From positions 744,001-808,000 of the forward strand of contig OZ287084.1 in assembly GCA_965645245.1 (NCBI GenBank): 64,000 nt of DNA. Direction: 5' to 3'. Each line of letters opens with the position of its first letter. Positions within the stretch are counted from its first letter, which is position 1. The DNA is from Massalongia carnosa (taxonomy: Eukaryota). The position numbers and the translations under genes were made by a program. Below, piece by piece: positions 37,199 through 48,299 of the stretch. Below the pieces are notes generated by a model. That model was not told where the DNA came from, did not search any database, and saw only the letters and a program-made list of their open reading frames with translations.

Positions 37199-39745
37199 AT
37201 GGTATCCAATATGTTGAAGTTTGCTACTTTTATCTCAGATATCGAGCTTCCTTTTTACACCTCGTTGGCATCTCATAAGATTAATCATGACAAGCTCGAT
37301 GACTCTGCCAGGCGATTACTTGGCCTTTACGAGATACGGCCAACAGACCTTTCTAATGCATCATGCCGCTTGCAGGTACACGGTAATGCTCTAACGAATG
37401 ATGCGTTGGTTGTCCTCAGGAATCTAAGTGTTGATTTGCTAAAAAACTAACACGTTACATTAAGGGTGCCAGCCGGCTTTTATCGCGCCGAGGGAATCAT
37501 TAAGAACGCTAATACCATCGAAGAATATCGGAATTTGGACAAGGCAGCCATCTTGAATCAGTCCGCTCGCACTGCAAGTCAAAGACTCTCCATATTTACA
37601 GTGCAAAAGACTATCGACTAACTCTTTGCGAAAGATCTGGGATGCAATTAATGATGGCACCATCTTTTCGTGTCCTTCTCTACTAGCCTCGTTCTCGGTT
37701 ATATGCTTCGCAGATTTGAAAAAATATAGGTTCACTTATCAGTTTGCCTTTCCTGTTCTTCATTCAGACCATTCCTGGAGGTTGGAGTCAAACACAGCCT
37801 CAAATTCTGAGTCTAATGCCGAACAAGACGCCGTGAATGCCTCGATACTGCATTTGACAAGTGGTGAAAGTACTGCTCTAGTAGACCACGTCCAAACATG
37901 GCGATATAGTGTTGATGCAAGGCAGTATGGTTTCTTCTTGGCCAAGAAATCAAGAAACCATGTACCTGTAGAGCAAAACGAGGGTTCGGAAAGTGCCAAT
38001 AGAGAATCAAATCCTCATAATCGATCGCCGACGCCAGAGCCACCTGGCGATAACTTAGAGTTTGAATGGGTAATTGGTTCTTTATCCAAATACCACGATG
38101 GCTTCTTTGATGGTATCCTACCAGAAGATCAGTACATCTGCTTCACCGATCCCTCAACCTATCCAATGTACCCCGGATGGATGCTACGAAATCTTCTAGT
38201 GTTAATCCGAAGGCGTTGGCAGCTTCGAAAAGTCCAAATTCTTTGTTACAGAGATATTCAGGCACGTCGAGACGATGCACGAAGTATCATACTGAGGGTA
38301 GAAGCAAGTGATATCAACGTACCCGCTTCGGAGGTGGAAAAGCCCATGTCCTTGGAAATGCCCAAGGTTACTGGTTGGGAGCGTAATGCGGCGGGAAAGT
38401 TAACGAGCAAGATCGCAAATTTAGGGGAGTACATGGATCCACAGCGGTAGGTATATTCTTCATAATACAGAATTCGTACCGTGAGCCTACTAATTGGCAT
38501 AGATTGGCCGACCAAGCAGTAGATCTTAATCTTAAGCTCATCAAATGGCGAATAGCACCAGAACTGCATCTTGACATTGTTAAAAACACTAAATGTCTAT
38601 TACTCGGAGCCGGAACCCTGGGCAGCTATATCGCGCGGAACCTCCTGGTAAGTTTGCAGCTATTGCGCAGAAATTTTATAATTAGGCTAATAGTTATGAA
38701 CCAGGGCTGGGGAGTTAGAAAAATTACATTCATCGATAACGGAGCTGTCTCTTTCTCAAATCCTGTTCGCCAGCCCCTTTTCAACTTCACTGATTGCTTG
38801 GCTGGTGGAGCTAAGAAGTCAATACGTGCAGCAGAGGCGTTGAAAGAAATATACCCTGGCGTTGATTCGATTGGTCATGTGCTTTCAGTCCCCATGGCAG
38901 GGCATCCAGTGATGGATGAATCCAGATCCAAGGCGGACTTTGACACCTTGAAGAGGCTGGTAGATGAACACGATGCTATTTTCCTGCTGATGGACACTCG
39001 GGAAAGCCGATGGCTGCCTACTGTCATGGGTAAATCGGCCAAAAAAATCGTCATGAATGCTGCTCTAGGGTTCGACACATTCGTAGTGATGAGACACGGC
39101 TTGCAGAACCAGCAGGACCCGAAGCAAGAGCTTGGTTGTTATTTCTGCAACGATGTTGTGGCACCTATGGACGTATGACGCTGGACAGTCTTTGTGGTTT
39201 CTTCTACTAACAGTTGTTTTTAGTCAGTCACAGACCGCACTTTAGACCAGCAATGCACCGTGACCCGCCCTGGCATCGCAGCCATTGCGTCCGCCCTCCT
39301 GGTTGAAATTTTCGTTTCTCTTCTTCAACACCCCCAAGGCGGATTAGCCCCCGGTGCGCTTTCCCCCGATGAAGACCGAGGGAATCACCCGTTAGGGATC
39401 GTGCCTCACCAGATCCGGGGATACCTGTCCAGCTTCCAGAACATGCTCATCAAGGGCAACAGCTACGAATGCTGCAGCGCTTGCTCGCACAACGTTACCA
39501 GCGCCTACGAGTCCGACGGTTGGGAGTTTGTGAAAAAGGCGCTGAACGAAAAGGGCTACGTGGAAGAACTGAGTGGATTAGCGGCTGTAAGTTCCCCCTA
39601 CCCAAAACCCTATGAACCGCACTGTGTAGAAATAACACAAATGGTTAACCTCGTACAGGTCCAGCGGGCTGCTGAAAAGGCTATGGCTGAGGTTGAATGG
39701 AGTGATGATGGAAGCGGAGAGGAAGGCGAAGGAGAGCTGATATAA
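37199..39745 (+). CDS. ATG7: Autophagy E1-like activating enzyme
   Basis: Motifs [93 protein letters not shown]. Multi-exon, including a GC-AG intron at 37574-37634. Confidence 0.96.
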
Positions 39746-39981
39746 GACTACCTCTCTCTATGTACGTGTTTGGAGGTGTTCGGAGCGTCTACGTAACCCT
39801 ACCTCATTCCGACACTAGCGATGAAACACGCTGTACGACATTTACGGATGAGACATGAGAGCACAGCGCTGGAGGTTTAGAGATGCTAGGTTCAGTCTGT
39901 AATTTATGGAACATGAAGATCTGCAAGTCTTCGGCGCTGAAAGCGTCCCTTTGAACATATAAAATTTTATGGAAACCATCA

Positions 39982-41441
39982 TCACCCTCCGTCCCCAAAC
40001 ACGTCTTTCCTCTGCGTGTCTGGCTTCCTTCTCAAAGCGACGAAGTAAGACTCTTTCGATTCCTGAACGTTTGGTAGGTTTCGGGTCAGTAGAGTTTTAG
40101 TAAAATAGTTTCCACAAAGATATTCAGAAAGATGATTTTGCCAATAATTTCTTTGCAACTTACGCTGCGTGAGGATTCGGGCTTCTCCCGGTGCACCTTT
40201 GCAAAGAGCGCTTTCAGCCGCAGCTCTAGCGCCTTGTCCTCCGCCCCTTGGTAGAACTTGCACAAGAAATGTCCGCCAGCTCGCAGAGTATCGAACCCGA
40301 AGCGGAGCGCGGCGTCGCACAAATCCTAGTCACAGCCCTCATAGATTAGCATCTTCATTTCCAGAATCTTAGCCTGGAAGTTTTAGGGTCTTGTCAACGA
40401 AAATGCACGTGGGTCCATACCATGCTGCCAGCGTGATCTCGGAAGGACATCCCGCTGGTGTTCATCATCCTAAAATACGGGTTACTCAGACTCCTCTTCC
40501 AAAACCCCTCGGTCTGGTCCCAGGGAGCGGACATATCGCTAAGCACTACATCCACCATCCTTCCCTCAACCTCATCTCGACCTCGAATCCCTTTCCTCCC
40601 GCGACCAGAATTTCCATTCTGCTGCACAGCGCCCGGACGAAGCTCCGCCCTCCGCTCCAGCTCAAAATAGTCCCCGGGATCTTCGGCGATGGCCTGCTCC
40701 AGCAAACATTCGTTCACGCCGGTGCCGTTCGAGAAAGACCCCAATGGTTTCGGCCGCACTAGCGCAGCCTCTCTTAAGAATCGTTTCACCTCCTCTTGGA
40801 CGGCTGGGGAAAGGAAATTGCCTTGAATAGTGGAGACGCCTTTGGGGGGTTGCGCGGGGATGATATCAATGCCAACTACGCGACCATCGGGCGCGGTACG
40901 GTCTAGCGCAACCTGAGCCAGTGCTTGAGTTAGCCCTGGCTTATAAGAAGGAAAAGGCAGGGTATATACAAACCTGCGACCAAGAGCCCGGGGCATATCC
41001 CTAGAGTTTGGTTAATTTCGACATAGTAGCGCAAAGGCTCTCTTCAAACGAACCAGATCCACGATTGTTTGACCATTTTGGAAGAGCTTGTATTTCTCGT
41101 TAATCTGAAGGAGTTTTTAGAATCGCCTGCATTGTCAGGTGGACGCCGTTCTAAAGGCATGGACTTACCTCCAGTAATTTATAGGCAGCTCGGCTCTTTA
41201 GACCTTGCACTTTGGCACTGATAGCAAATTTATCTTTTCCTTGTCGGCTTTGCCATCTCTTAGAAGACGACGACGAGCAGCGAAAGGGGCTTTCTCCAAG
41301 CCAGCAGGATCGTTCAAATCCACTTGACGATTCGTTCAGAAGGCCACTCGCACGGCGGATTCGAAGATCGGTGATTGGTATTGGGTATATCCTGAAAGAG
41401 GCACTACGATTCGGCCGTGGTAATGAAAGGCGAAACAGCAT
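39982..41441 (-). CDS. MRM2: Mitochondrial rRNA 2'-O-methyltransferase (FtsJ/RrmJ family)
   Basis: Motifs LKSRAAYKLLE, VDL|GYAPGSWSQ, VVGIDII, IQGNFL, VDVVLSDMSAP, FLCKFYQG, KPESSRS..ESKESYFV across small exons. The N-terminus is R/S-rich like a mitochondrial presequence. Confidence 0.9.
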
Positions 41442-42365
41442 GAATTATATCTACATTACCATGTTGGGATGAAATTTGTATCTCCAGACTCGTTACGAAA
41501 TTTTGGTATAGCAAGAGTATTTTATTCTGTAACTTATTAAGTCCATACAGAGAAGTGCGAAGGTCAATACCTATTGTGTTTCCCTAAGGAAGAAATAAAA
41601 TTTTTTCTTTGATTTTCAACCACAACAAGTAAACGATTGACATGCACACCTTCTAAAGCATCACTTGAGTGTTCAGATATCAAGCTATACAGAATGAAAC
41701 GTCGAACTCAATCACCTTCATCGTGATTCCTCAGGGCGACTCTTCTTCACTTCCTTCGTCTTGGTCTCAGCTCTTCAGCTTATCTTCATTAGTTATTATC
41801 ATCTCTTGCTTATTTCTCGTCGGTAGCTCCATCTCAATTCTAATTTCGCTCCCCCCGCCCTTTGAAGGGGAAGAGTGTAGAGACATCCAATAGAATGTGT
41901 AGCAGCATGGCAAGGGATGTACAGTACTAGGTCAAAGGTTTCCGACAGCCCCCATCAACTTTTTACCCCCTACTGCTTTGAATTATCAATCACCAAGTTT
42001 TTATTTTTTATTTTGATGCCTTGAAACTTAGTACGATGATTACATACATTATAGCAAGGAATTTGGACTGAGAAATATATTTTTAATATTTCGTATATCA
42101 TTCTTTCGATTGAATGTAAGCTTCAATCCTTCTTTTCATGCTCTATTAAACTTCTCAACATTTTCTCATTTATCAAAGCTCATGCTTCTTTCAACGCTTT
42201 TCAAAGTACATCGCGAATCTTAACATCACTATTAGTCATCGAATCGATGTCCGGATTGACTTGATAAACGAGCTGTTTAAGCACATATCAAACGTGCTCG
42301 ATAAGGTTCAAATCAGAAAAATAAGAAGATCAATCGATAATTGTTATACCGTTTTCATCGAACCA

Positions 42366-43756
42366 CAGCGGGTGTCAAAAGCTTTTACCTAATGAGGGTA
42401 GGATTTTTAAGCGATAATCCCCTTCCTCCCCTAATCAACCATGGCACCATCTACTCCACCACCACAGGCCAAAAAATCCCCTGATGCTGATACTATCAGA
42501 AAAACCTGCTTTTTCATGCTTTTGATCATCGGCCGGAATGTCATCATCAAAGATGTCTGCGAGCAGGAGAGCATCAAGCTCGATCGAGGAAAATATTGGC
42601 TGAAGCAACGCCAGCGTCTTGAAGACGTCGCCTATCGACGACGTTCTCGTAGCGGTCGACCTAAAAAAGTGAGCATTTAGTTGATAAATCAAATGCTGAA
42701 TTCACATACAAATAGCGTTCGCGATCAGCCGTACACCGTACAATTGGAGCACTTTCATATAGATGCAACGCGACGTACACTGCAAAGAGGATTCAGTGCT
42801 CGCAAACCTCGTGCTGCTCGATTTAAAAAAGCGAAGGTGAAAACGCTCAGTCAGAAAAACGAGCGACTACGAGTTCTATACGGGAAAGAGCATGAAAATC
42901 ATACTATTGAGAATTTCTGGCAGTACGTTCATTTCACGGATGAGGCTCATTTCGACCCGGATCAAACGTACCAAGAGCGAGTTCTTCGAGAGGAAGGCAC
43001 TAGATACGAGTCAGAAAACATGCAAAAGATGCCGGACATGAAGGGAGTAAAACTGCATTTGGCCGCTTCTATTTCGTGGCATCATAAAGGGCCGCTGACG
43101 TTTTACAATGACGAGCACGACGCGCCTGAAATTCAGGTTCACAAGCCCAGAAAACCACACAAGTCGAAGTATGAAACGGAGCATGATCATCGTCAGCGAA
43201 TAGCTGAATGGGAGGCATCTCTACCTCACGATTTAGAAATTAAATCAAAAGGCAATAGCATGACTCAAGCTTACTTTACGGAGCGTCTGCTTCCCGGCTA
43301 TATGACTGAAATTCATGAATGTCGTGTTTTTCATGATCGATTTTGCATCTTTCAAGAAGATAACGATCCTAGTCACGGCACACGATCTACAGACAATATC
43401 GTACGTAGATTTAAGGCAGCTAGCTGGATTGAAACGTTGAATCATCCTCCGCAATCCCCTGATCTCAATCCAACGGAAGGGGTATGGAATATTCTGAAAC
43501 AGCGAGTTAGACGGCGACGGTGCAGCAATGTGAGAGAGTTAAAACGGGTGATTCTAGATGAATGGAGCAAAATATCTATAGATGAAATTCGGGCCCGAAT
43601 TAAGGAGATGCCTGATCGATGTAAGAGATTAATAGCGACGGAGGGCAAAGCAATAAAATCCGATCTATGGTAAGTTTGGTGATTTTGGTGAGGTGCCTTG
43701 AAAATTTTGGTGAGGGGCCCTGACCCCCATTAGGTAAAAACTTTTAACACCCACGT
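42366..43756 (+). mobile_element. Tc1-like transposon (DD38E) nested inside the outer element
   Basis: 34-bp TIRs matching 28/34: CAGCGGGTGTCAAAAGCTTTTACCTAATGAGGGT vs ACGTGGGTGTTAAAAGTTTTTACCTAATGGGGGT. Flanked by GAACCA at 42360-42365 and 43757-43762. Confidence 0.92.
42441..43673 (+). pseudogene. Tc1-like transposase with a single in-frame TAG
   Basis: ORFs 42441-42680 and 42681-43673 are in the same frame, separated by TAG at 42678-42680. Motifs RSGRP, FTDEAHF, FQEDNDPSH, PPQSPDLNPTE, with 38 residues between the second D and the E. Confidence 0.88.
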
Positions 43757-43822
43757 GAACCATTTCTTTATTTTCTTAACAGTATGAATCGATGCATTAT
43801 CCTGCATGAAAATGAGGCTCGG

Positions 43823-44204
43823 TGTCACGGTTCAACCACATCCACCACCCAAGGCCAATCAAAGGAAGTATGGCATCTACCGGCGCACTAACCGCTTCCG
43901 TTACTCAACCCTAATAGCAATCATAGGGGCAATCAACGGAGGTCTGAAAGGACTGAAAGGGACGCATCGGAACGACCTTCTAAAGCAAACACAAATAGAT
44001 AAAAGGGACAAAGGGCAGAAAGAATTTTTGACCAAACAGTTCACTTATTGATGAAGACACAAGCAGCTGGACCGGGCCAAGCGATTATCTATATAGACTC
44101 CTAGAGAGGGCACCTTTTGCTTGTTTCCTTTCTGCATCTCTGATATTTTCTAGTGCATAGCTTCCAGTAGATAGTTAATTCCATATCCTGGTTGAACCGT
44201 CACA
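43823..44204. mobile_element. Solo LTR of a retrotransposon (382 bp)
   Basis: Begins TG and ends CA, with 16-bp terminal inverted repeats (TGTCACGGTTCAACCA / TGGTTGAACCGTCACA, 15/16). Flanked by a 5-bp duplication CTCGG (43818-43822, 44205-44209). Removing it restores the outer transposase frame EP|SLIFMQDN. Confidence 0.85.
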
Positions 44205-45501
44205 CTCGGTTCTCAAATTTCAAGCAGATTATCGTTCAATAATTCCAAATATGAATTCGCGAAGTACCCATCTTCTTTGCTTCGAAATCGCGGGCTAATT
44301 TGTAAAGATCTGACCTTTCTCTCCTTCAAAAAGCCCTCCATATCATGATCTTGACTTCTTTGTCTTTGACGTACGATTGTATCATAATTTTTTTCAATTT
44401 TTCCTTCGAAAATCTGAACATTCATTGCCGCTGGTTTCCTGACCTCTTTTTCATCGAACACTCGTCTGACCATATAATTTTTGATCATTGCTCAGAAATC
44501 CATTCACGCGGAAGCAAGCATCATTTCAATCTCTTCTTTGCTACCTCGAGCGTTAATAAAGACCGCTTTTTAATCAAGCAGTTTGTTAGATCGTAGTCTT
44601 TGAGCGTCCGATAAAGAGTGAATCGACTACATTGCACCCCGACCTCCACATAGATGATGCGTGAATTGATTCGTGCAAATTTGATGATACGTCTTCTATC
44701 GCGATCCGAAAACATTCCAGGCCGACTCGATCGTGATTTGAACCTTTCGTTGTTGCGTTCTGAGTCCTTTTGAAGAGTGTAAATGACGGTAGTTCGAGGC
44801 ACATTTAATGTCTTTGCAATTTCGGCCGATGCATGCCTCAACGCCTGAGCTTCAATAATCATACCTCTTTGACATTGATTCAATTCGATATTACGAGGCT
44901 TATTACCAGAAATTGAAGCCAACGGAGTGCGTGGCATGGTGAAATGGTGAGGTCAAAGTTGATGGGTTGGAGGGGTTGAAACGCGAAATCACGAAAATCG
45001 GGGGTAGAGTCGGAAACTTTTGACACGGGACTAGTGATACCAGTTTGCATCAGTTATTAGTTCCTTCGTACTGGAGCGAGATTTTCAATTCTTTAAGTCT
45101 TTCAATATGTTATGCTAAGATTTAACTGCGAATTTAAGAGAAGTGGCCAAGAGAGGAGTGATGACCAGTAGGGACTGTAGGTAGCAAGGCAGCTTTTTCT
45201 ATCTATACTACCACGTGACTACCCACTTGATCATTCCGTAGTTACACCTCAAGCCTTCGGCAAAGCACTTCTTGACTTCAACAGCTCATTAGCCGGCCCT
45301 TATCACGCTACAATTCTTCGAGATTTCTTAGATGTCGTTTAAATAAATCTCACTGGTTTGTTATACTATCTCGTCCAAGGTACTTTGAACTAAGAATACA
45401 TAGGACTATTTATCTTTCTTTTGTAACCGAAGTCCTTCACCTGTCCTAACCCCGGCCGTGATTAGCTATAACTAACCGTGCGACCGAGGTAAATCCGATG
45501 G

Positions 45502-47373
45502 ACCGCACCCGGAGCTACGCTCCAGCTGCGGCTCACCTCCATGACGCATTTTAAAAAATTTCTATCATCTATCATCAACCATTTATTATTCAACCACATC
45601 ATGTCTGATTCGTACAAGAAACGAGAGGCTAACATTGCAAAGGCCTTAGATGCATTTGCAAAGAACACATACAAATCAGCCGCAGCCTGTGCCAAAGAAT
45701 TCGATATTTCACCTCGTCTATTTCAAAGAAGACTACATGTATATAGCAAGCGAAAAGCAGTCAATATGAGGCTATCTACTGCACAAGAACTAGCCCTGAA
45801 GGAGTATATTGAATTTCTTGATGATATTGAATTATCAATGAGATTGCCATTGATTCGCGATGCAGCTAATTATTTGTTGCAACTGCAACATCCTTCCTCG
45901 TCTTCATCTTCTCTCACCCGCGTAGGAAAATGCTGGACCGGACGATTCTTGAAAAGAAATCCCCAATTTTTCATGCAAAAAGGCAAGCCATTAGCAGCCG
46001 AAAGGAAAAACGCTCACAATGTTACGGATATTCAAACTTATTTTCTCTTCATTTCAATCGACCGTAGCCCTTCTTGGTATAACTCCAGATGATATATGGA
46101 ATATGGATGAGACAGGCTTTCGAGTTGGCTGTGGGGTAACCCATTTGGTGATGACACTATCATCACATAAACGATTTATGATCGCTGATCCAGACAATCG
46201 AGACTATATAACTTCGGTCGAATGCATCAATGGAGTTGGCGGAAGCGTTCCATCCTTTTTGATTTTGAAAGGGGTCAACATACTTCACAAATGGGCCTTA
46301 GAGAATGATTTGAAAGATGATATCGTGTTGACTACAAGCGATAGCGGCTATTCGAATGATTGTCTAGCATTAGAGTGGTTAAAGCATTTTAATGCTCATT
46401 CAAAAAAGGTTCAAAAAGGAGCGTTTAGGCTTCTTTTGTTGGATGGAGATGGATCTCATCTAACGTATGAGTTTTGGGAATATTCGAAAGAAAATAAGAT
46501 CTGTTTATTCAGATTACCCCCCCATTCAACCCATTTGACGCAGCCATTGGACGTTGGTGTTTTTCAGCCAATAAAACATTATCATGCTGAAGCGGTTGAC
46601 AACGCCATTCGGTTGGGTGACGTTGACTTCAATCGTCTGGATTTTCTGGCCGCATTCAATCAATTTCGTACAAAGGCATTCAAATCATCTACTATCAAAT
46701 CAGCCTGGGAAAAAACTGGGTTGATACCTTACAATCCGGAGGTAGTCTTGACCAAAATTCGTGCTTTAAATCCGGCATTACCCACACTACCAATATCATC
46801 TTCGGAGACAATAATCCTACCTCATACCCCCAAAAAGCCCAAAGACGTTGCTAAGGAAGGGGAAAACATTATTCAGCGAATGAATAATAATGAAGAAATT
46901 ACTCCAGAAAGAATGCGACGTTTTATTAAAGGGTCGGTTGCAAACGCTAATTTACTAGAATTGACGCAACGCGACTTGCAAGCCATAACACAGCTGCATT
47001 AGCTAAAAGGGCCCGAAAAAAGCTTGCTGGCACCGTTGTTCAGAAGGGAGGAATCGTTACCGTTCGAGATGTGAGGCACAATCACCTACATCGTACCCAA
47101 GAAGAGGTGGAAAGGGAGGAGGGTCGTCAAAAGCGTGCTGAGACGGCTAGACAAAAGAAAATATTTCTCTATGGAAAAGCGATAGCTAAACGGTTTGGCT
47201 TGGTGGGTAAAAAGGCCGAAGGCTGGATAGATGAACGTCAGCCTTTGATTTTGAATAGCTTCATTTTGAAAGGGTCAATCAATGGATATAATGTAAATAG
47301 TTTGAGAAATGCGTCATGGAGATGATAGCGTCATGGAGGTGAGCCGCACCTGGAGCGTAGCTCCGGGTGCGGT
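45502..47373 (+). mobile_element. pogo/Fot1-type DNA transposon
   Basis: 46-bp TIRs with one mismatch (ACCGCACCCGGAGCTACGCTCCAG(C/G)TGCGGCTCACCTCCATGACGC). TA follows the right end; subterminal GCGTCATGGAG is repeated at 47311-47338. Confidence 0.92.
45601..47325 (+). pseudogene. pogo/Fot1 transposase (CENP-B-like HTH + DDE_1) with two frameshifts
   Basis: Motifs VGKCWTGRFLKRNP, DIWNMDETGF, ITSVECI, LLLLDGDGSH, LPPHSTHLTQPLDVGVF, VQKGG. Single-base frameshifts near 46040 and 46990. Confidence 0.88.
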
Positions 47374-48299
47374 TAGCCCCGTTACTTTTCTCCTCTTTGA
47401 TTTCACTGTCCATTAAATTCAACGTTTCGGAGTGAGTTAAAAGGCTTCGCGAAAACCTCGACCCTGATAACCCACACTACAAAAGAGGTCAACATATTAT
47501 TTTCGAGCATTGATCGAGTTGTATAAGACGGGAAAACTTAACGGGCATGGGGAAACATGGATTATAGATGGAATCCTTATTACTAAAGAAGAAGCCTTTA
47601 AGGGGAAGTCCTAGGCGTTGATGGAGGTTACCCTGCAGATTCTTGTTATGAGAACCCATTCACGCATTCAACCAATAGTTTCTAATTCTAGAAGAAACCC
47701 CGTCAGTATGTGCAGAAACAGTATTACAGACATCCACCATATGACTTATGTTATCGTCCAGTATAGTTTCTTATTCCTTTCTGTATGTATTTTTACTCGA
47801 TTGTCATTTCTAACTTCTTCTAAAGCCAAGTCCAATGCCGGGGAAAGGGGGAGACAGGACAAAGCATACAACAGTGATCAATGATACTGGTAGCAACGTG
47901 CTTTCGCTTTTTGATGTCGACTAGTTACTTTTAAGAGACATGAATTACCACATAGGCTGGGGTGTGGGTTAGTTAGATAGTTTGTTCCTGGGATACTGCG
48001 ATTTTCGGGTGCTAGTGTTAGGAATCGTCGCTATTTTGGCACAGCACTAGGAAACCATGATTTAGCAGTTAGCACAACCAAAGGTCGCATGAGTTCATTA
48101 GTATGAAAAAAGAAAAGTCAAATGATAAAATGTTATCTCACACCGTGTGGAGGGCTCTTTTTGCACGGAGAAGCAGTGAGCTAGGCTTGGTTGAGAAGTA
48201 AAAGTTGATAAGATCAATATAGCCCTTTCCTACAATAATTAGCGAGGGAATTTTTATGCATTAATGCCCCAAGCCCACCATTCTCTTTTTTTTTTATCT

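Larger units (their letters stand above)
41922..45033 (-). mobile_element. Decayed Tc1/mariner DNA transposon (outer element, interrupted by two insertions)
   Basis: Imperfect TIR core GTCAAA(G/A)GTTTCCGAC at 41931-41946 and, inverted, at 45009-45024. Transposase remnant on the - strand from 44937 (MPRTPLASISGN) through IIWSDECS, IFMQDNASIH and SDLNLIEHV to approx. 42083, with many TGA stops. The exact termini are ambiguous. Confidence 0.88.

Noticed and set aside
42678..42680. Programmed readthrough of the TAG in the inner transposase
   Set aside because: A point mutation such as CAG>TAG in a repeat-mutating genome is the simpler explanation, and there is no readthrough context.
41926..45034. 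ACTAG on both sides of the outer Tc1 as a possible 5-bp target duplication
   Set aside because: It would require unequal TIR lengths, and TA-CAGT at 41920-41925 is an equally good left end. The element is too decayed to decide.
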